A DNA stretch of 64,000 nt from Bacteroidota bacterium (GTDB lineage Bacteria; Bacteroidota; Ignavibacteria; Kryptoniales; JAKASW01): positions 5,500 through 69,499 of the forward strand of contig JAMCQL010000075.1 in the NCBI GenBank assembly GCA_023381615.1. The letters run 5' to 3'. The notes beneath the pieces are model-generated. The model ran no database searches. It had not been told where the DNA came from and worked only from the letters and a program-made list of their open reading frames with translations. Of this stretch, positions 19,892 to 28,704 are shown one piece after another (position 1 is the first letter of the stretch; each line of letters starts with the position of its first letter). The position numbers and the translations under genes are program-made.

Positions 19892-22375
19892 ATGCTTATT
19901 ACAGGACTCCTTCTCATGCTCGGTATTCATTCCGGGCTAACCAGCAATGTTGCGGCAATGGATAAAATTGGAAAATTCATAAAAGTCGAAAAGACTCAGC
20001 GGACTGTTTCGATTGATTACGAATCCGGCAAAGCGAAACTGCAAATTTTCAAATCGGGGATCGTGCATTTAACGATCGAGCGCGGAGGGAATGAGCGCAA
20101 GTCTTTCGCCGTGATCGAAACGCCGGAAGAATTATCACGCCGCAATTTGAAAGCGGATAAAGAAAAGGTCTCGATAAATCTCCCTGACGGAACTGTCGAA
20201 TATTTTCCTGAGACTATGAAACTCACCTACAAGTCGAAAAGTAATTCTGACATTTTGGATTTGAATGATATTCAATTCAGCGACACAGGATTGGCTGCCC
20301 GGTTCGATATTCACGGCGCACGGAATTTCTACGGGCTCGGCGAGAAAACGCTGCCGTTCAACAAATACGGGACGCACTGCACGATGTGGAATTCTGATTT
20401 CCCTGCTTATACGGTCAAGTTTGATCCGTTGTATGAAAGTATTCCATTTCTGCTGAAGGCAGATACAAATGGAGCGTATGGATTATTGTTCGACAACACC
20501 TTCAGGTCGACGTTTGACGTCGGGGCGTCGGACAGCAATCAACTTGTTTACACGGCGGCTGGAGGCGCGTTCCAGCTTTATATTATTACCGGAAAGGATC
20601 CAGCCGAAGTTGTTGAGAGGCTGAGCGAGCTGACGGGCAAAATGCACATGCCTCCGATTTGGGCGTTGGGATATCAGCAGTCGAGATGGAGCTACTATCC
20701 GGAAGATAAAGTCATCGATCTGGCGCACGGCTTCCGCGAGAATAAGATCCCGTGCGATGTTATCTATCTCGACATTGATTACATGGACGGTTATAAGTGC
20801 TTCACATGGAGTCCGAAAAATTTTCCGACGCCGCGGAACATGCTTGATACGCTGCACAATCTCGGATTCAAAGTCGTTACAATAATTGATCCGGGAATCA
20901 AGGACGAAAAAGGTTATCACGTTTACGACAGCGGCGTCAAGCAAGATGTGTTTGTGAAAATGCCGGTCGAAGATCCCGCTCGCGGGAACGGAAAATATTT
21001 CGTTGGAAAGGTCTGGCCTGGCGATTGTGTCTTTCCTGATTTTCTTAACGAGAAAACAAGAGAATGGTGGGGCAAACAATACGAAGGGTTGCTCGATGAT
21101 GGTGTGGATGGCTTTTGGAACGACATGAACGAGCCAAGCGTGTTCAATACTCCGAACAAAACATTTCCTTTAGATGCTGTCCACAGATTAGATGATGGCA
21201 CAGCGACGCATGCCGAAGTTCACAATGTTTACGGAATGCAAATGGCACGTGGAACTCGCGAAGGTTTGGAGAAGCTGGAGCCGAACAAGCGTCCGTTAGT
21301 TTTGACTCGCGCAAACTATGCCGGCGGCCAGCGCTATGCTGCGATGTGGACCGGGGACAATTTTGCGAGCTTTGCTCACATGAAATTGGCGCTCGTAATG
21401 TTCTTGAATATCGGCGTGAGCGGGCAGCCTTTCGTCGGGAGCGATGTCGGGGGATTTATCGGAAATCCGAGTGCGGAGCTTTTCTCGAGATGGTTAGAGC
21501 TTGGTGTGTTCAGTCCGTTCTACAGAACGCACAGCGTAAAAGGGTCCGCGCCGCGCGAACCGTGGGTGTTCGGTGCGAAGTACACTAGGATTAACCGTCA
21601 GATAATTGACCGCAGATACGAGCTTCTTCCTGAGATTTACACCGCTTTTCGAGATGCAAATCAAAACGGACTGCCAATCGTGAGGCCGTTGTATTTAGAT
21701 TTTCCGCATGACAAAGATGCTTACAATATATCTGATGAATTCTTGTTCGGCGATAAACTCTTGGTTGCGCCCGTTTTCGATTCAGGGGCAGTTGCGAGGA
21801 AAGTGTATCTGCCGGAAGGGAAGTGGGCGAGTATTTACGACGGATCGGAAATTGGCAGTGGCTGGCATGAAGTGAATGCGCCTCTTGGAATTACTCCGGT
21901 CTTTGTGAAGAATGGGACGATACTTTTCACACAAAGTCTGATTCAGTCCACGACGGAGCAGGCGGACACGTTGGTGCTCAAACTTTTCAGCCAGAGGCTT
22001 GAGCCTGAGGCTCATCAGCCTCTGGCTGAGATGCTCCTTCGGCGCAATGGAACGAAGTCAGCGAGCGGGAAAGCATATTTTGATGATGGTGAAAGTTTGG
22101 CTTATAAGAGTGGACATTACTTGAATGTGAATGTCTCATATGAACAAAACGGCTCCGCGCGTGTTTTCCATTTTGTCAAACAGGGAGACTTCAAGCCGGG
22201 ATATAAGTACCTCTCGGTTGAGATCATGAATGTCAATGGAACACCAATCCATAGGGCGACAATGAAAACGAGCGACGGACACAAGGCGGCTGGCGTCATT
22301 TCAAGTAAAGTAAATAAATCCATTAGGATTACTTTTCCTTTCAGCTCAGAAATTGAATCGATACATTTAGAATAG
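19892..22375 (+). CDS. secreted glycoside hydrolase family 31 alpha-glucosidase
   Basis: Start moved to ATG 19892 (signal peptide MLITGLLLML), 2 nt after the aspS stop; GFWNDMNEP catalytic motif. Confidence 0.9.
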   Translation: MLITGLLLMLGIHSGLTSNVAAMDKIGKFIKVEKTQRTVSIDYESGKAKLQIFKSGIVHLTIERGGNERKSFAVIETPEELSRRNLKADKEKVSINLPDGTVEYFPETMKLTYKSKSNSDILDLNDIQFSDTGLAARFDIHGARNFYGLGEKTLPFNKYGTHCTMWNSDFPAYTVKFDPLYESIPFLLKADTNGAYGLLFDNTFRSTFDVGASDSNQLVYTAAGGAFQLYIITGKDPAEVVERLSELTGKMHMPPIWALGYQQSRWSYYPEDKVIDLAHGFRENKIPCDVIYLDIDYMDGYKCFTWSPKNFPTPRNMLDTLHNLGFKVVTIIDPGIKDEKGYHVYDSGVKQDVFVKMPVEDPARGNGKYFVGKVWPGDCVFPDFLNEKTREWWGKQYEGLLDDGVDGFWNDMNEPSVFNTPNKTFPLDAVHRLDDGTATHAEVHNVYGMQMARGTREGLEKLEPNKRPLVLTRANYAGGQRYAAMWTGDNFASFAHMKLALVMFLNIGVSGQPFVGSDVGGFIGNPSAELFSRWLELGVFSPFYRTHSVKGSAPREPWVFGAKYTRINRQIIDRRYELLPEIYTAFRDANQNGLPIVRPLYLDFPHDKDAYNISDEFLFGDKLLVAPVFDSGAVARKVYLPEGKWASIYDGSEIGSGWHEVNAPLGITPVFVKNGTILFTQSLIQSTTEQADTLVLKLFSQRLEPEAHQPLAEMLLRRNGTKSASGKAYFDDGESLAYKSGHYLNVNVSYEQNGSARVFHFVKQGDFKPGYKYLSVEIMNVNGTPIHRATMKTSDGHKAAGVISSKVNKSIRITFPFSSEIESIHLE

Positions 22376-22461
22376 TTTTTCAAGCACAAAGACACGGAGG
22401 CACAAAAATCTTGCAGGAAAGCAGCGATATATTTAAATTATTACACGTTCTTTAAAAAGTT

Positions 22462-22534
22462 GGGGCTGTAGCTCAGTGGTTAGAGCATCTGCCTTTTAAG
22501 CAGAGGGTCGCTGGTTCGATCCCAGCCAGCCTCA
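22462..22534 (+). tRNA. tRNA-Lys (anticodon UUU)
   Basis: Manual cloverleaf: GGGGCTG/CAGCCTC acceptor, GCTC-AGTGGTTA-GAGC D arm, TCTGC-CTTTTAA-GCAGA, GCTGG-TTCGATC-CCAGC. Confidence 0.9.
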
Positions 22535-22538
22535 CACA

Positions 22539-22577
22539 AAGCAGAGGGTCGTCCCGATGAAATCGGGCCAGCATCAC
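22539..22577 (+). other. degenerate duplicate of the tRNA-Lys 3' half
   Basis: AAGCAGAGGGTCG repeated exactly 4 nt after the tRNA. It is followed by a different hairpin (CCCGAT-GAA-ATCGGG) and by CCAGCATCAC (CCAGCCTCAC in the tRNA). Confidence 0.5.
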
Positions 22578-22746
22578 GAAGAGAGTTTTTTGGTTGTGAG
22601 TGCTTGAAAGATTTGAACCCCCACTCAATCTCCCCCTATGAGGGGGAGAAGTTGGTGGCAGATGTTTACGGGTTGAGTTTTTGTAGAGTCGTGCAATAAA
22701 CAGAAATAAATCCTATTCATAGCAAAATTAATCGAAGGGGGATGCT

Positions 22747-23721
22747 ATGCGAATGCTAATTTTTGTTTTTTTCCTACAAATCGCTTCTCAATCCGTTTTC
22801 GCTCAAACTACTTATACCTGGAATTCCGCTTCAGGGGATTGGTCTGACTCGAGCAAGTGGACACCCGCTCGCATTTCGACATCGGATTCGGATGTTATCA
22901 TTACGCGCTTTGGTTTTTAAAGCCGGCTCAGAGTTTTTCACGAACACGGGATTCGCGGGCAATCCATTTGGGACGACATAACCGGCAGCAAATCTTTCGA
23001 TGCGGAAGCAAACCTTTTCCTCTATGGGAAACATGACAGGTTTTAATGTTCCGCAAAATATTCAACGCATAGATTCTCTTGTCATGGGAAATCCCAATGG
23101 CGCATCTCTTGCGGGAGATCTGACCGTGAATGTATTGGATTTAACCGGAGGGAAATTAATCACCGGAAATCACCGGCTTAAAATTAAAACCGACGCCGTC
23201 AATGCCGGAACGAACAGGTACATCGACGATGAACTGACACTTGTTCTTGAGGAAGGCAAAACCGCTAAGTTCCCGTTGGGCAGGAACGGAAAATACGAGC
23301 CGATAGAGATGAGCTTGTCCGAAGGTCGACTCGTCGAGCCGTAGGCCGTAGGTAGATCGACTCGTCGAGATCCTTTGGACCGGACGCAGCCACTGCAAAG
23401 GAGCTGATGATCTCATTGACAGAAAAGGGCTCGCTTCCGGCAGGGATTGACCTTCGAGGGCGAACACTCCTTCAAGCATATAAGCTATCTCCTGAAGGGA
23501 GCTGGAACAGCAGGGTGGCAAACCTCAGGATGACTTATTGCGGTGAAGATATTCCAAACCGGGAGACGGCGCTTGAAAATACGATTAAACTTTTTCAGAT
23601 AACGAACGGTGTCATAGAGGAAGTGCCATCGATCGCGCGCGACACTTCAGCCAACCGGATCATCCCGCCGTCGGCTCATTGGCGTCAACTTAGGAACAAA
23701 TTTTTGTTTTTTTGGAAATAG
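22747..23721 (+). pseudogene. fragmented secreted protein (signal peptide + TYTWN..GDWS..WTP start), split over several frames
   Basis: Signal peptide ORF from ATG 22747 stops at 22920. Continuation lies in track ORFs 23000..23344 and 23407..23721. Word-repeat block inserted at 23323-23380. Confidence 0.4.
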
Positions 23722-24621
23722 CCCCAACTTTTCCCGAAGGGGTCATTCGGACAAGTCGGGGGAATGATAATCGCCCAAAATTCTTGTCCCGACTCAGTCG
23801 GGACAAAGGTTGTCTTCGTATAGGACTAAAGTCCGGGCTTTGGGAGAGAAGTATTAAACCCCGACATAAATGTCGCGGCAATTCAAACACAATTATCGTT
23901 AGGTTGACGCCTAAGCGACTTGTCGGGACGTGGCAATCCGATGCAAGTGTGCCACTAAGCTTGGGATTGTTCCGCTTTCAGCGGACTCCTCGCAAAGAGA
24001 AATTTTGTGTTGCCCTTTTCTTCGATATTTCTTAGCTTTTAGATATTGAGGAAAAGTTCTTGTCGAGTAATGTACAAGTATGAAGCTGCGAGTGGCTGTC
24101 CAAAAAGAAAAGAAGAAAACACTCTTCTCTGTTATTCCCGTCCGAAGGACCCCGTCGGGGCGTGTTTCAAGTCCCGACAAGGTCGGGATCCTTTGGACGG
24201 GAATCTTTCGTCTCTCTCAGCGAGATTCCCGATAAAGGCATAAGGGAATGACATTGGCGTCCTTTTGGACAACCTTGCGGCAATCCCCAAACTTGAAATC
24301 ATTTCCATGCGGATTGCCGCGTCGCTCCGCTTTCAGCGGCATCCCTTACAAAGACAGGTTCTTCTGAAGGTGTGGACGAAAAGTCTGGACACGGAGAAAT
24401 CCCCCCTGTCCGCAGGATCCTTCGGAAATCCCCCTTGTAAGTTTGTGCGCACAACAGTAGTAATCCTTGTAAGGGGGAGAAAGGAAATCAAGCCGGTGGT
24501 TTTCAGCAGACTGTACCCGGTGAATCCCACTTTGAAAAAGGGGGACAAAGGGGGATTTCTAGGACAGACTTCGAGAACGGTTTTTTCATTATTCCTAACA
24601 TAAAGAAAGAGAAACATTCGT

Positions 24622-26088
24622 ATGAACATTTCAGTCATTGGCACCGGCTACGTCGGGCTTGTAACAGGTACCTGCTTTGCCGAAACAGGCAATTATGTGA
24701 CGTGCATGGATGTCGACGCAAAGAAGATTAACCAACTCAAGAAAGGCAAGTCCCCGATTTACGAGTCGGGTTTGGACGATTTAATTGTAAAAAATCTAAA
24801 TGCGAAGCGGCTGCACTTCACAACTTCGCTGAGTGAAACCGTAAAAAACTCCGAAGTGATATTCCTTTGTCTGCCGACTCCGCCGGGTGCGGATGGAAGC
24901 GCAGATCTCCGGTATGTCATGGAGGTGGCGGAGGAGATTGGAGAAATTGCGGATGAAGAAAGGGAGAACGGCGAACGGCGAACGGCGAAGGGAAAAGAGG
25001 GAGATATTTCGGAATTCGGATTTCGGAATTCGGATTTGGGATATAAGGTGATTGTGACTAAGAGTACGGTGCCTGTGGGAACGGGGGATAAGATAAGGGA
25101 GATTTTTAAGAAACATTCTAATGTGAAATTTGACGTCGCGTCGAATCCGGAATTTTTGAAGGAGGGGAATGCGATTCAGGATTTTATGTTTCCGGACAGG
25201 GTCGTCGTAGGTGTCGAGGACAGCAGAGGAGAACAAGTTTTACGCGAGCTGTACGAGCCGTTCGTTCGGACCGGCGCTCCGATTCTTGTGATGGAAACTC
25301 GCAGCGCCGAGATGGTGAAGTATACCGCCAACGCGTTTCTCGCTACTCGTATTTCATTTATGAATGAGGTTGCACGGCTTTGCGAGAAATTAGGAGCTGA
25401 TGTCGATAAAGTAAGAACTGCGATCGGCTATGATAACAGAATAGGTCCGAAGTTTCTTTTTCCTGGAATTGGCTGGGGAGGGAGCTGCTTCCCGAAGGAT
25501 GTGAAAGCTTTGATCAAGATGGGAGAAGAGGCTGCCGTGGAAACTTCGGTAGTCAGCGCGGTCAATGCGGTGAACGAGAAGCAAAAGGAAATTATTCCCG
25601 AAAAGATCATGGCACATTTTGCAGGAAATCTGAAGGAGAAGAAGTTTGCAGTGTGGGGACTTTCCTTCAAGCCGAAGACCGACGACATGCGCGAGGCGCC
25701 TTCGATAGTGGTTATTGAAAGCTTGCTGAAAGACGGCGCTGAGATTTCCGCCTTTGATCCGGCCGCGATGGAAAATGCGAAAAGAATCTTTTCCGCAGGA
25801 TCCTTCGGAGAAGGTGAAAAGGCACAAAGACACAAAGGCACAGAGGAACAAAGGCAAGGAACCGGAGAGAAATGGGGAGACTTGAAGTTTGCGAAGGATC
25901 AGTACGAGGCGTTGAAAGGCGCGGATGCGTTGATACTTGTTACCGAGTGGCAGGAATTCAGAGAACCCGACTATGAGAGGATGAAAAAGTTAATGAAGGG
26001 GCACGTGATATTTGACGGGCGGAATATTTATAATCCGGAGAAAGTAAGAGGATTGGGATTTGAGTATTATGGGATAGGAAGAAAGTAA
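24622..26088 (+). CDS. ugd: UDP-glucose 6-dehydrogenase
   Basis: ISVIGTGYVGLVTG Rossmann start, GGSCFPKD catalytic Cys. About 50 aa longer than usual because of two repeat-derived in-frame inserts. Confidence 0.93.
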   Translation: MNISVIGTGYVGLVTGTCFAETGNYVTCMDVDAKKINQLKKGKSPIYESGLDDLIVKNLNAKRLHFTTSLSETVKNSEVIFLCLPTPPGADGSADLRYVMEVAEEIGEIADEERENGERRTAKGKEGDISEFGFRNSDLGYKVIVTKSTVPVGTGDKIREIFKKHSNVKFDVASNPEFLKEGNAIQDFMFPDRVVVGVEDSRGEQVLRELYEPFVRTGAPILVMETRSAEMVKYTANAFLATRISFMNEVARLCEKLGADVDKVRTAIGYDNRIGPKFLFPGIGWGGSCFPKDVKALIKMGEEAAVETSVVSAVNAVNEKQKEIIPEKIMAHFAGNLKEKKFAVWGLSFKPKTDDMREAPSIVVIESLLKDGAEISAFDPAAMENAKRIFSAGSFGEGEKAQRHKGTEEQRQGTGEKWGDLKFAKDQYEALKGADALILVTEWQEFREPDYERMKKLMKGHVIFDGRNIYNPEKVRGLGFEYYGIGRK

Positions 26089-26258
26089 TAGATTGTCGAT
26101 CTACAATTTACAATTGACGATCTGGAATTGAAGATTGAGGAATGAGGAGGTAAAATTGACGGTTGAAAATTTACAATTGAGAATTTGATTGCACTGCTGT
26201 CCTAAATGATTTTGTAGTTTCATAGGATTGATGGTTTTCTGTTTGTTTTGAACGGGTA

Positions 26259-26324
26259 AGGTGACCGTCACTTGTGTCAATATTGCGATACACTAATGAC
26301 TTGGCATAGAAGTGACGGTCACCT
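26259..26324. repeat. 66-nt hairpin element with 15-bp termini AGGTGACCGTCACTT / AAGTGACGGTCACCT (copy 1)
   Basis: Read directly. Shorter relatives at 42885-42920 and 49718-49756. Confidence 0.75.
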
Positions 26325-27411
26325 GCGGCATTCAACCGTATCTGCCCTGCTTGCTGAGGCCCCGCCGACAAGTCCGCAAGCCTATGCATCCAACCGTATG
26401 ACCAACAACAACGAGAGAGCAGGCTTGGCACCACACTTCACCGTATTTGTGAATAATGCAGGCTAGAGAGGCGGCCGAAAAGGCCTGTGCAAAGAAGAAT
26501 TTCATAGAGAGACACGGAGAAATCCCACTTTGTCCCCCTTTCTCTCCGAAGGATCCTTTGGACAGGGGGATTTCTTATTCCTGTATCTCTCAGCCAGAGA
26601 CTGATGAGCCTCAGGCTCACGCCTCCGGCGGACCTTGGTTCTTTCTCTTGCATCAAGGCAAGAGGAAGAACATACTCTGAGTTCCAAATCAACCTCTGTT
26701 ACAACAACTATGGACAAACTGTGAAAGGCATAACCGACCAATCGAAAATCACCCTCGCCTTAATCCTCTCCTCTATGAGGCCGTAGGCCCATCAAGGGAG
26801 AGGAAACACAGGAGATCAACGTGCACATCTTATGAAAAGAAATCCTGCTTAACATTAGACCTGCTCTGGTCAGGAAAATACTTATCCTGCTTGAACCTCT
26901 TGTTTGGTTGCGGCTTTGCCGCGTTGTGTAACAAAAGAGCTATTTCACAGAGAAACACCGATGCCGGAAGGCGGCACACGCATTTCACATGAATATGAAT
27001 ATTGAGCGTTAGAAGCACAGAGAGCCACGGAGAAAAAACATCGGTTGAACTTTTCTGCCGGGCTTCTATCCGCTTTTCGTTCTTCACCGCTTACTATTCA
27101 CTTACCCCCATGTGAACTATATCACCTCTTTTCTTTCTCTTAACAAAAAATCCTCATGGGGTGCTTGATTCGTTTTGTGGATTGGTTTAATTTTACAATC
27201 AGAGGAGAAAAATAGGAGGATTTTTTTGCTGTCAATCTATGTCATCAAATGTTTTTTCCATGGGATGCTCTCGAAATAATCTAGAGAATGGGAGAATGTG
27301 GTTACAGCACAAAATCTAAAGCCAGCGACGAAACACTTTCTTTAAATAGAATTGTCGTTATCAAAGTTTATGGCACTACCTCAGATATTATGTGTATTAT
27401 TACAGTGATGG

Positions 27412-28050
27412 ATGTATAAAGGAGATGCGTGTTTGGAGGAGTTAAACGTCGTTTCGTCTGAACTCAAGAAGCTTTCTAATCTTGAAAAGAAACGGTGGCA
27501 TGTTATCTACGTCAAGGCTCGCCATGAAAAGTCCGTTTGTTTGGATTTGAGTAAGCAAGGCATTGAATCGTATCTCCCCTTAAGGAAGGAACTCCATCAG
27601 TGGAGCGATAGGAAAAAATGGATCGAAGTACCTCTATTTTCCTGTTATGTCTTTGTAAGAATCTTGCATAGTGATTGTGGAAGAGTTTATTTAATAGATG
27701 GCTTTGTAAAGTTTGTGGGTCTGAATGGAAAGCCAAGCGTGATTCCAGAAAGTCAGATGGATGCAATAAGAAGAATTGTCGAATATTTTCCGACTGACGT
27801 TGAGGTTTTGGATGGAGATTATAGAGGCTTTGAAGCTGAGATTACAACAGGGCCTTTGAGTGGTTTACGTGGAGAGATCGTTGAACTTGTAAATGGCAAG
27901 AGTTTTGTAATCAGGGTAGATGGCTTAGAGAAGTTATTGAGCGTCAAAGTGTCTGTGGGCGCAGTAAGGATCGCCGGTTCGAAGAGAACAGATGTTTCTC
28001 CGCGTCCTTCCGATGCAGGCACGACTGGCCATACTTCGTCAACGACATAG
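27412..28050 (+). CDS. UpxY-family (NusG/RfaH-like) transcription antiterminator
   Basis: NGN domain (WHVIYVKARHEKSVCLDLSKQGIESYLPL) plus KOW-like region; sits at the head of the polysaccharide locus. Confidence 0.8.
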   Translation: MYKGDACLEELNVVSSELKKLSNLEKKRWHVIYVKARHEKSVCLDLSKQGIESYLPLRKELHQWSDRKKWIEVPLFSCYVFVRILHSDCGRVYLIDGFVKFVGLNGKPSVIPESQMDAIRRIVEYFPTDVEVLDGDYRGFEAEITTGPLSGLRGEIVELVNGKSFVIRVDGLEKLLSVKVSVGAVRIAGSKRTDVSPRPSDAGTTGHTSSTT

Positions 28051-28249
28051 TTATAGAGATTCGCGCAGGATAAATTTTCACCGTTACGGCGCGAATTGAT
28101 CGTGTTATCTTTTTTGTAGCTTTGCAGGCGCAAGTGGCCTTGATTTACGGCGCCATGTGAGTGAGATGGCGAAGCCGTGGATGCAGCTCATAGCTGATAG
28201 CTCATGGTTGATAGTAGAAGAGATAGCGTGGCGCATTTTTCATTTTCCG

Positions 28250-28415
28250 AAGGTCGTCCTACGGTCTCGTAGAGATGACTCCCGACAGGTCGGCCTACGG
28301 CCTCGTAGAGGGTCAACGACTCCCTACGGGATCGTATCTACGATACCTCTACGAGGCCGTAGGCCGTAGGTAGATCGACTTGTAGAGTCATCGACGACTC
28401 GTCGAGATCCTTCGG
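28250..28415. repeat. composite CGTAGG / CTCGTAGAG / CTCGTCGAG word element, inverted partner of 31121-31268
   Basis: The reverse complement of 31121-31268 aligns end to end by eye (GGTCG.CCTACGGT.TCGTAGAGATGACTCCCGAC ... CCGTAGGCCGTAGGTAGATCGACT...CGTCGAGATCCTTCGG). Confidence 0.7.
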
Positions 28416-28556
28416 AGAGGACCTGGTGGTATGGAGAAAGCTCATAGCCTTCAGCAGTCAGCCCCGGAAAAGAATATAACCACAAGAGGCACTGAGGCAC
28501 AGAGAAAACACGCAGTGAGGTGAAGCTCCGTGTCTCAGCGGTTAGACTTCTCGTGA

Positions 28557-28622
28557 AAGTGACCGTCACTTCTATATCATATTGTCAGTGTATTGCAATA
28601 TTGAGACAAGTGACGGTCACCT
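28557..28622. repeat. 66-nt GTGACCGTCAC hairpin element (copy 2, inverted relative to copy 1)
   Basis: Same 15-bp termini. Its spacer matches the reverse complement of the copy 1 spacer at about 23 of 32 positions. Confidence 0.75.
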
Positions 28623-28704
28623 ACCGCGGGCATGTACAACTTTTGGGATGGTCTTTTGCAACAACAGTTTCTTAAATTTGTTTTTCACACTTGACGAGTA
28701 AAAT

